DNA of 64,000 nucleotides, taken from Raillietiella orientalis (Eukaryota). Location of the stretch: assembly GCA_036172245.1 (NCBI GenBank), contig JAYWIR010000038.1, positions 62,001-126,000 on the forward strand, read 5' to 3'. Numbering within the stretch: position 1 is the first letter of the stretch; each line of letters begins with the position of its first letter. The position numbers and the translations under genes were made by a program. The notes beneath the pieces were generated by a model that did no database searches, was not told the DNA's origin, and saw only the letters and a list, made by a program, of their open reading frames with translations. This document shows positions 39,501 to 50,399 of this stretch, one piece after another.

Positions 39501-42500
39501 AAGAAAGTCTGTTGTATTAGCTGAAGTGGATTCTAGCATGGCAGGGAGTGAAGACCCTGATGAAGAATCTGGTTTTGAAGAAGAAGAAGAGTTGCCAGTT
39601 ATCCGTTTTGTGCACCGGTTTGTTGACCGGGTTTGCACAGAGGGTCTGGTCTCAGAATCCCATCTTCGATCATTACATCAGATGGTGCCTAGCATGGTAG
39701 CTGTACATTTGGAGCATCTAGAGGCTGTACAGCGGGAATCTAAACATCTACCTCCTGTTCTTAAGGTATTTATTCTCTTCAACAAGGGATTCGTTTATGG
39801 TAATTGCATACAGTCCAAAATTATTGCACCACCATTCCTGTTGGGAGAAGAGTTACAGACTCCACCATTGCGGGTTTTCTTATTTACTGACGGACGAGAA
39901 GATAATGGGTTTCTTCCAGCAGAAGGTGGTTTATTTGTTACCAATTATCGCATTGTTTTCAAGGGCGTACCAGTTGATGAATTAGGTATGTTGACTGCAT
40001 TAAAGCTAACCACCCTTATGACTTCAGTTTGCTTCAGTGTCTGATCAGTCTGTGGTTAGGAGTATACCTATGCTTTCTCTCATCAAAGAAAAGCGTGTTC
40101 CTGGGCATTTCGTTCCTCCACTTGATCAGTGGTTCTCAGATGGCTTGCAGCTACGTGCTGCATGTTTTCAACTACTTCGAATTGCTTTTGATCCGGAAGT
40201 TGTATCAGATCAAGTGGAATTTTTGAGAAAGTTGATACATCGTCTGCGCCATCCTGCATCCATATTGGACACATTTGCGTTTTCTGGACAATGGATCCAG
40301 TATCCATCTGTCTTACACATGAAGAAATCTTCTGTACCAACGATCAAGTAAATCTGCTTGCATATTGGCATGCATATGAACCTTTGAATGTTTCCAGAGG
40401 ATTTGCAAAAAAAACATTACTCAAAACTGCTCGACGGGCTGGTCTGACATCTAAAGTAGGTCATAAGCCATCTAAATACCTTCCACCTTCTGGTTGCATG
40501 ACCTTACCTGGAACAAAATTGGATGATAGTGTTGAACATGTAGAATATGAAGATGATCAATCAAGTAAGTGGTCTTTAATATGGGCTGGAATATGCAAGT
40601 AGACTGCTCCTCTCAATCTCTTTTCTCTTTCTGCTTCCATGGGCAGCCTTATCTGCACTGGGTAAGTGTGTTATCTATTCTTTGCATCTGTCCTGAGCTC
40701 TTCTCTCTAGACCCTTTGTCTTCGCTCATAAACCAGTTCTCCATAGTGGCAGAGCATCCTCACCCCTTACTGAGTTCACAGCGAGCCATCCAGATTGCAG
40801 CACATATCAATGAATGGAGGTACTGCCAGGATTTGCAGCGTATGCATCTACACAGTGTTCAAGATGGGTTTCGAATCTGTAAACTTAACAAGACCTATAT
40901 CTTGTGTCACAGGTAAATTTTCATCATAGTAGAGCAGTGTATTAAGAGAAAAAAAAATTTTCTAGTTACCCAGCTTTTTTGTCAGTTCCAGCTGCTCTAT
41001 CTGATGAGCATGTGCAGAAATTAACAAAGCTTTATCGTCATGGACGATTGCCAGTTGCTGTATGGCATCATCCTGTCCACCCATCTGTACTCCTGCGTGC
41101 TGCAGGGCTTCAGTTGAAAGGAGTGATCGGGATGTTAAAGGGGCATCCTAGCACTGCAGTTGCAGCAAGTGATTCATCTTTGGCACTGGAACAGGAAAAT
41201 TTGCTTCGTCTCTTGACAACCTCAAGGTCCTCCCAAGCAAATTCCGTTGGCCGTCAAGGCACCTCAGTTTGGTGTGATTCCTGTTCCAGCATAGACTCAC
41301 TGCTGTTCACTGCAGTAGACTCGGGAGGGGTGACACCAGAGTGTTATCGTCGGACATTTGCCAAAGCCATGAGTAACCTCCGTGACCAGGCATTCAGACC
41401 ATCATCTGGAAAGTTCTTCTACAAAGGGCGGGATCGTGGCTCCCAGGTGTCCTTGAGTAGCCCAGGAGGCAGAACTCATCTGGAGCCTTCTGATGCAATT
41501 CCGCACCTCTGCCGTTCTGCACTTTATGTGTTTGCAGACCGTCCCCAGCTCCGTGCACTGAAGCCAGATCCTAGCATCAGTGTGGATTATCTTCCTGTTG
41601 CTGAAGGAGTTGCTGATGCCCGTCATGTGAAAACTGCATTCAAGAAATTGATGAGGGCATGCGTGCCCAGTGCAGCACCAACAGAGCATGAGCCATCTTT
41701 CTTGGAGTAAGTATGCAGGAGCCCTGCATTTCTTCCATGGTGTGCTGTGTTCTTATAGGTGTGTGGAGGCTTCTGGCTGGCTAACTCAGCTGTATGGTTT
41801 GCTGCGCACAGCAGGAGCTGTAGTGGATCTGCTTGATCTCCATGGATCCTCCGTACTGCTGTGTTTGGAGGATGGTTGGGATGCCACAGCTACTATCTCC
41901 TCTCTTGCTCAGCTGTGCCTTGATCCTACATATCGGTCCCTGGAAGGCTTCCGCACTCTGGTGGAAAAAGAGTGGTTGGCATTTGGTCACAGATTTGCCT
42001 ATCGTCATAGCCAGTACTCTAACTCCCAGACCTCAGAATGTGCACCAATTTTCCTCCAGTTCCTAGACTGTGTGCACCAGGTATTGCTGTCTTACTTTCT
42101 ATCATTAATTATCTGAGCTGTCTTCCAGCTGCATTGCCAATTTCCTGCAGAATTCGAGTTCAGCCAGTATTACTTGATGTTCTTGGCCTTCCACAGCACT
42201 TCTGGTCGCTTCCAGACTTTTCTGGCAAACTCTGAAGCAGAAAGGCTGGAGCGCACAGTGCTCTTGGAGGAACCGTCCACAAAGCATCGGATTCTGGGAC
42301 TACCATGTGATGGTTCTGAAGAAGACAACATCCACAAGACCCAGCCACCCAACCCCTACTCTGTGAATTCCGTGTTTGATTACATAGCCAGCCACCATGC
42401 AAAGAAGACTTCGTTTTACAATTTCTTTTACTGTCCAGGAGGAGCAGTCCTGCGACCTGTTGTCCTTACCAGCACTCTGCAGCTCTGGGAGTACTTTGTT

Positions 42501-43682
42501 CATGAAGAACTGTCTCATGGCTGCCCATATGACCTGGAGATCATTGCTCAGGATCGATTGCGCCTGGAAGAGAAGATGGCAGTTGACCAGGGCTTTCCCC
42601 ATCAAGTTGTGCTGAAAGGCTATGACTGCCTCCTGTCAGATGATGGGAATGGGTTCAGTCAGCTGCTGCATGAAGTGGCGAGATTAGAAGCTGAGCTTGG
42701 GTACTTGCCCCAGCCCTGGAAGGTTGTCTGGGACCAGCTGGAGGTTCCCAAATCATTTTGCCGAAGCACAACGAGCAGGGATTGCAGTACCAATCAGTTT
42801 TACCAACGCTGCAGAAGATCAGCTCACAAGCATGCCACACTGGAACTGCTGGGACGAGGGAGGATGGCCAGTGTAGGCTCCGATATGGTTCCTGTGGGTC
42901 AGCACCCCCATCGGTTCGAACGTTTTAACTTTAATACTCCGACTTACTGTGACCTGTGTTCTGGCCTCCTGTGGGGGATCGTCAAGGTTAGTCCCCCACC
43001 TACCTGTCTTCCCCATTGCCTCATCTTTGTACTCCATCTTTGCCTGGTATCGAACAGACAGGAGTGCGTTGCTCCGACTGCGGCTACAACTGTCATGACA
43101 AGTGCGTCAGCAGTGCTCCCGCGAACTGCACAAAGTGCAAAGTTGCAGTGGAAGGTACGCTGAAGACAGCTGTCACCAGCGGTGGCGACGAGCCTTCCGT
43201 CGTCGGAGCACATCGCGCTGTCCACCCGTGCTTCGAGCATTTCGAGTCGCGTGCATCTGAGACGCGCACTCATGAAGGGTACTTGCTCAAGCGGGGTGCT
43301 CTGCTCAAGAACTGGAAGCAGCGATGGTTTGTGCTGGATTCAACGCACCACCAGCTACGCTACTACGACGACGCCAACGATGACCATTGCAAAGGCTACA
43401 TAGGTGAGATTTTCCAGCGAACCGTCATGCATTTCTATCATTCCCACCATGCAGACTTGGCGGAGGTCATATCCGTCATGCAACCCTCCATGACGATGAG
43501 CGTCGGCAGGAAGCTGGAGGAATGCGCCTACTTCGATGTAAGTATGAGTGGTGCTGAGGGGTTGTTAATGCAGCAGCGACATTCCAAAGGTTCGCACCAC
43601 TCGCCGCACATACAATTTCTGGGCGACGTCCCCTTCTGCTGCCCAAGAGTGGATCGAGAAGATTCAAAGCTGTTTGCAGTAA
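36564..43682 (+). CDS. SBF2: SET-binding factor / myotubularin-related protein 13 (MTMR5/13): DENN, GRAM, pseudophosphatase, C1 and PH domains
   Basis: 21 GT-AG exons spliced by hand in frame, from [14 protein letters not shown] to [17 protein letters not shown] motifs include FCQPQGW, VYIPVLP and TPTPFIIG. The inactive myotubularin loop CLEDGWD is at 41862-41882, followed by [14 protein letters not shown]1 motif [17 protein letters not shown]...C..C...CH..C; PH motif [21 protein letters not shown]. Confidence 0.97.
40647..40661 (+). CDS. Candidate 15-nt cassette microexon of Sbf (net +5 aa)
   Basis: Preceded by a long pyrimidine tract and ...ctgcttccatgggcAG, followed by G|GTAAGT. It is phase 1-1, frame-preserving and stop-free, and lies in the only 182-nt intron of the gene. 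Confidence 0.55.
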
Positions 43683-43990
43683 CGCGCGCGATTCTTTGCT
43701 AGAAAGTTGATTCGAGCTTTTTCTGTTTTACCCGACCTCAGCCGGCCTGTGATATACCTGTGCCATTTACTTTGTGATATATGTTAGAAATTGATAGTAA
43801 AGGCGACTTAGAAACGAAAGCATGGGCTGCTTCCTTTATTCTTAGGTTATCGATCGGAAGACTTGGTGGTAGGTAGCGTTACCAAGCAACGGTAGTACCA
43901 CCCTAGAATAGTTTGGATGTGTTGGCCTATGTTTGACTGAGTTCACGATTTGCAGGAAATTTACCGTTTGCCGCCCCTATTATCATCATC

Positions 43991-46036
43991 ATGTCTGAGC
44001 TGCACGTGACTGATGTCACTCTCACCGTCCCTACGGATCTCAGTCTCAGTAGCGACGGTGAGGGAACACTCAGTAACCACGTAGCAGCCTCAAAGTTTGG
44101 GAAATGCGAGAGGCGAAATTCAGGCTATTCGAATGTGAAACCTTGGAGAGTGGCAGACGAAACCTACGGATCGGACTGCGAGTTCGAACAGAGCGACAAG
44201 GAGGATGAACCTTCCTTCAAAGATTTCATCATGGTGTGTAAAAATGGTGTGAAGTCGATCTTTCAAGATGCTTCTCCGCCCGCCAGAACTTCTATCAGTG
44301 GGTAAATCCCCTGAAAGCGGACTCTTCCGACCAGAAAATTTCGAGCTGCAGCAAAGACAAGGAGTTGCAGCGGTATCGCGCCGAAATCCAAATGCTCAAC
44401 GATAGCGTGGAGAGGGAGCAACGAGCACGTGTTGCCTTGCAGGTTTGTTGCAGGGTGCCAAGCGCATCACTGTGGGCGAATTACAGAGAAGATGCGAGTG
44501 CTTGCTAAGCAACCTGCAGGAGATGAAGGAGCAGCTGGATAGACAGGAATCTATCAAGAGGGAGCACCAGAATGCACTGAACGCCTCAGAGGACATGCAA
44601 CACCGCTGCAACGCCCTAAACGAACAACTCAAGAGACTACAGGTATCCACCCGCAGTGCACTCCCCGTTTGCATAGAGGGAGGGAACTTTCGTAGCAAGA
44701 GCTGGAGTTCACCAAAAGTGAGATGGAAACATACCGCCAGGAGAACAGCTTTCTGTGTGGAGACAAGAACTTCCTGAGCAAGCAGCTGGAGGAGTTCCGG
44801 AGCAAATGCTCCGAGCTAGAAGAGCAGCTTTCCTCGGTCTATGGTGACTTGGAGAAAGAGAGGCAGACGAACCAGAACATGTTGAATGACTTTACAAGAA
44901 CCAGGTTTGAAGTTCAGTGTGCATTCTGAGTGGCGCAGTGTCAGACCAAACATGGTTTAGGAGTGAAGACAAGCTCGCCTTTGAGAGTTACCTACAGGAG
45001 GAGCTGTCACGGGTCCGCCTGGGAACGCAGATGGAGTTGGAACAATTCAAGTCCTCGCAAATCAGCAAGTACGATACCCTGGTAGCGGAAGTGAGGCAGC
45101 ATGATGAACGTGCCAGTGAGGAAAAGGTTTGCATGCAGGCCCAGCTCAGGGAGGCGGAGCAGAAAGTCAGGGAGGCTACCATAAAGTGAGCATAAATAGC
45201 GAGTCGCACGTGTGGAAAAACCACACGTGCTTTTAGGTTAGAGGAAGAGCAGATGAAAAGCAGGAAAATCATTCGAGATTTGGAAATGATTATCAAAACA
45301 AGGCAGTACGAGTGCGAGCAGCTCCGTGTCACTAGGCAGCACCACTCAGCCACGATAAATGAACTTCACGAGCAGAATGATAACTTGCTTCAGACAATAG
45401 AGGTTGGTTTGTGAACGGGGAACCTGAAAGCATGATGGGGGCGACAAAAGTTTCTCAAAAAAGAACTCGAGGAGTTTCGGCTATGCAAGTTGAATGAACT
45501 GAGCGACACTGTGCAGCTGCACAGCCAACAACTTGAAGAGACGCTGAGGCGCATACGTCCCCACGAAACGTCCACGAAAATCTGCGAGTTGCAAAACATG
45601 ATTGACACTCAGCAAGAGGTCATCCAGCAGCTGTTAGGCAAGACCGCTAGCAGTGACTTCTCACACTGCACGGTATTTGAAACGATGATCCGCAGGCTGC
45701 AAGAGGAGAACACGAATTTGACAAAGGAGAATGTGGCCTTACGAAGAGGTGAGTTACCCCCAACCTGGTTGGGGAGCAGAAGGTTTCATCCACTTGTTTA
45801 CAGATGTACAGTTACTCATGCTAAATCAGCAAACTATTGAGGAAATGAAACAAGAGCTGACTCTGGTTAGAGAAAAAACACGCTCGGAGGAGATCGATGC
45901 TCATCTGGGCGAGTGCCCTCAAATTTTGGCCAGCTATGCTGCATCATCTGAATTCCAGCCTGTAGGCAAAGCCAAAGAAAAACCAGCAAGTGTGACTCGG
46001 GATGCAATGAAAAATAAACTGAGTCACAAATCGTAA
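43991..46036 (+). CDS. PIBF1: Divergent progesterone-induced-blocking factor 1 (CEP90)-like coiled-coil protein, 561 aa
   Basis: Eight exons: 43991-44233, 44287-44442, 44487-44642, 44696-44904, 44961-45185, 45237-45402, 45451-45748, 45804-46036. Collinear matches to PIBF1 blocks recalled from the human protein: TVPTD, FYQWVNPLK (FYELVNPLR), LQRRC (VQIRC), FLCGDKNFLSKQ (LLQKDKEYLNRQ), LQEELSRVRLGTQMELEQF (LHDELEQIRLKTNQEIDQL), YECEQL (FESERV). Confidence 0.8.
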
Positions 46037-46222
46037 TGATCCCTTCTGTTAATGAAAATAAGACTCAAACCCTTATTTTAAGGCTCTAAGTCTCCAGAGA
46101 AGAGCAATAACAAAACCTGGTACTTTTCAGCCTCCCATCAGTCAACAGATACAGTTATCCAGTTCAGTGTATTTGCATGATCTCAGTAAAACTAAATCAG
46201 TTCCCTTAATCCCTCACCCACA

Positions 46223-49121
46223 TTACAACTTAGGTATAACAAGGAAGCCTTGTGAACACAATGTTTCCATTGCACTTGGCTGCAAGATGCACACATGTGG
46301 TTGGTTGTTCCTTTGCAATCTTTCAACCAGCTAGGAAGCATGGAGAATGTAGTTTTAGTACTACTCCAAAACTCACTTTTGCTGCGACTACTACTGGTCC
46401 TGTGATGACCACCAGATGATGCTTAGCAAGTTGCATGTTTAACTGCTCTCCACCCACAGAAGGTACATGGATACTATCATGAATGACACCTTTGGCATAC
46501 CTAAACCAAGCATGCTATTCTGTGCTTGCTCAAAACCAATCTTACTCAGCCAATGGACGCACATCAAAAACAACTAACTGTAGGCCTGCTTTGCATTCTG
46601 TGCCTGCCAGCTCCAAGAAACTTTTCAAGTCAGCAGTACTAAGCTGAGGGCACAGCCTGGGCTTTGGGGACTCTTGCAGTGATGAAGCTTGTGGAGCTTG
46701 TGTCTGCTGAGTCCGATGAGAACAACTTTTAGGGGTTTCCAAAGTTAGCTGTCGAGCATTAGTCACACAATTCCCAATGTCAATTTCAGGAAGGTCAGAG
46801 AACAGCAAAATGCATTCATTGAAACCATATCCCAGGAGTACAGAGCGAAGCTGCTGAAGCACAGCTATACCTATTAACAGAGGGAAGGAATCATCCTCCA
46901 ACAGTAGAGCATCCCAAATATGGATGAGCTTCATGAGGGGGAACACATGGGCAAAAAGGGTAAGGAACCATGGAATGGCAAATAATTCTGGAGAAAAGGC
47001 AATGTCTCGTAAATGACAGGCAAGTTCAGGGTCATGGAAAGCCAGCAGCTGTTCAAAGACAACCAAGTACTCTCGGATGATGCTTGAATTATCTTGAAGG
47101 AAGAATCCAGGTAGAAAACGATCAATCAGGGCATCCAAGCAGGCAAAGGCTAATGCTATGAAACAGAACAAAAAAGACCCAGAAAGCAAGTACTGAATTA
47201 GAACGTGCTTTCTACTACCCTCATCACAGAAATGGAGATACACCAAGGGGGCACACAATGAATCTAGCCCTTGCCAGTACACATATTCAGGACGAGAAGC
47301 TACCCATGCTTTCAAGACACGGCGCAGGTGCTTATGTCCTTCAGGTGATGACAGCAAGTCATCATACTGATGGCAACGTGGGATGTCTACTTCAATCTTT
47401 GACCACCAGACTGTAATGTTTGCTTTCTATGACAAACCTGTCGGTCCATAACTGAAGGAGAATCTTTGTCAATCATCCTGTACCGCTTCCAGACATCCCC
47501 TTTAATTGACAACAAAGCTGCCCACACAAGAGGCCTATAAAAAGGCGGGATATCAACATGGGCTTCTTGAATAATTTGGGGCAGCAGAAAGGGGTAACCC
47601 TGAAAGGAAGGCAATGAGGCATTCCTTGGCACTGTCTTACCTGTAATAAATGGCGGAACAAAACAATCCGATGTAGCTGGTATTTTGCATCTCGCTCACG
47701 AATGATTAGAGGGAGAGATGCAGATACTAGAGGCTCCTTTGGCCCTACGCTGTTCATCACTAGTGGATAAAATGTGCTTAGGTGTACATCAGCTATGTGT
47801 TGCCGGAGCTGATCTTGGGACAGGCATGCTATCTGTAGATCCAACTGACTTAAGTCTTTGCTGTCTCTACCAAACATTTCACCCTCTAGCACAACAGCTC
47901 TGTGCAAGAAAATAAAAGAGATACTTTTATGGGAGCATGTTTTACTTTGGCAGACTCTTTATGGAAGGCTTGCATATCACCATGCCATTACGGAAAGGCT
48001 CTCCTTGGGGATCCCCTCCAGCCAGAAGCCACACATGATACACTTCCAACACACCACAGCCATCAATGGGGTTGCCTGTTAGCTGTGCTTTTGCAGGCAA
48101 AGACAAAGACAAGCTGTGCAGCTGGACAGGAGGAAACCTGTCTGAGATGAAATGATGATCAGGTAGAGTGGCAAAAATAGGTGATGAAAGTAAGGTTGCA
48201 GCAGTGGTGCGCTGAGAGGGACACACTTTCAGGCATGCATTGATAAGATCTTGAATGCCTTGTGGAATCTTTGGGAAACACAACAAGGTAGGTGCTCACT
48301 ATCAAACTGCACATCCCTCCATGGTACCTGCAACAGCTCCTGCTCCATCCCATGTTCAGCAGCAATATTTTGCAGCAAGTCCTGCTTTTTCTGACGGCTG
48401 TAAGCTAGAATCTTGGTGATGATCTGTGGCAAAGTGAGTCTGCTCCAGAGAGGCTGCTTCAGCAGTACTTCAGTTAACACAATGCCAAGAGACCAAATGT
48501 CACTCTTTGGATGACACTTTTGTGTGGGTGGCCACTTTGCTGCTAATACCTCTGGTGCCAAGTACTTGACATCCCTACATCCCATGATTCACACAAGTAA
48601 CACTCCTGACTTTACCCAATGGGAATTGAGGCCCAGCTCCCATTTCCTAACATGTGATACATGCCATAATGAATGAGCTTAACATGCCCTTGCTGGTCTA
48701 TGAGAACATGCTTGGAGCAGAGCCATCTGTGGACAATCCCTTGTTCATGAAGATAAGATAATGCCAAGAGAATCTGATGAGCAAGCTGGATGAACACATC
48801 CCATTTATCTGGGCAGTGTTTGGTTAGCACATCAAAAAGGCTTTTCTCATGCCATTCTGTAACAACTATCAATCTTTCTGGAATGACATTAGCTATTCGG
48901 AATTCACTTTGTTCCTTACCATGTCGTGACCTGAAGATATCTAGATAACTGCACAAATGAGAATGATGCAGTGCTTTCAGCTTTTGAAATAACCCGTATA
49001 TTTTAATGGAATTCGGTGTAGGAGGCAATCCATTTATTCCACATGACTCAGTTGGATGACTGCATGCAAAAAATGTGAATGCTCCGAATTTGGCCCCATT
49101 CAGCTTGTTTTGATAAAGCAT
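46223..49121 (-). CDS. TBCK: TBC1 domain-containing kinase-like protein (pseudokinase, TBC and rhodanese-like domains)
   Basis: Ten exons from [19 protein letters not shown] to ...FLVIPKL*. Motifs: [76 protein letters not shown], and rhodanese-like [10 protein letters not shown]. Confidence 0.97.
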
Positions 49122-49859
49122 TAGCTATTCAAGGAGCGTTTTGCCATTGGAATGAAGGGAAAATTGGGAAGGCAAACCCAAAGCTGAACTACATGAAATC
49201 GCTTATCTCGACTGGTGAATTTTCTCGTTTGGAAAACCTTCAAGAACAACCTTCACTTTGTTCACAAAAAGACTACCGTACCAACTTCGAACCCGGGGGC
49301 GTAACTGGTGGGAAAATGCATACAGCTAAAATGAATAAAAGACCCATTCAAAGAAAACTTTTTATTTCGGATGTTCGGTTTAATCAAATTTTTCGGAATC
49401 GGAAGGAAAAAAAAAAACTTGGGAAAGTGAGAGGAGGCTGAGAGAGCGTGGCATGCGACTAACTTTTATGAATCCCTACCGACTGCCTGCCAAATTGTTC
49501 TTGAAAACCTTCAGGCACTCGACATCAGCATTCGAAGCATCGGTCCAGGCGGCTGAGGGGAAGCTGCGAAGACTCGCTGTGCCTGGCGGAGGGAGGGACC
49601 GCGGTGCCATGCAGACAGGGACTTTCCGGAAGCCGGGGGGAAAGGATCGGTGGAAAGGGTGGAAAGGAAAGGATCTCTCTCCTCCGTTGGCCTCCCGAGA
49701 AATTCCCGTCGCTCCTGGTTTACATTTTCACGATTCCGCTTGCTGAGATGAGCATCCCTCAACCACCGCAACTCCTGCCACCCATTTAGGGAAATGGAAA
49801 TCGTGGTTTCTTCCATACAGGTTTACTTGAAACGCTCCCAAACGAAGCAGAAACGTTCC

Positions 49860-50230
49860 TTCCGTCGACAGTCCGTCCTTCGTGGAGATCAGATGATGCA
49901 AAAAGAACTTGCATCGGATAGAATCTACTCCACAGTTTGCATTTCCCACTCCCTTCTTCTGACCAGGGAACTTGCAGGTATTTGTTCCTGGGTGAAAAAA
50001 ACAGGGGTCACGACTATCCACGAATGCAACTGAAACGAATCTGTGAGAGAAACACTGACAGAACAAAAGGCAGATAAATCGTCGCCAATTTCTGAAAGAT
50101 GGAGCACGGGTCTCAAAGACTACGGAGAGCACCGTTCTTCGATTCGGAAAGCTGCTTCCTCATCAGAATGACAAGCTTGAGGATTTCAGTTGGTTTCTAC
50201 AGTGACAGGACCGAAAGGAATTGCAATGGG
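49860..50230 (+). mobile_element. Decayed CR1-like RT N-terminal fragment
   Basis: MMQKELASDRIYSTVCISHSLLLTRELAGICSWVKKTGVTTIHE ... VSKTTESTV ... QNDKL resembles 'LKELA..I..PL..IF..SL.TG.LP..WK.A.VTPIHK ... VSK.MESIV'. Confidence 0.5.
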
Positions 50231-50399
50231 GGAAAGGATTTTTATCCCAAGGGGGGAAAAAGCAAAAACGAAAAGCTTCAGGATTTGTTCCCATCGCCAG
50301 CAAACGATTTCGAAATTCAAAAACCGAATTTACGCACTGGGAACCAGAATTTCAGGTTGTTTACAAAATACACTTCGTTGCTTCATTTTGATATCATTC

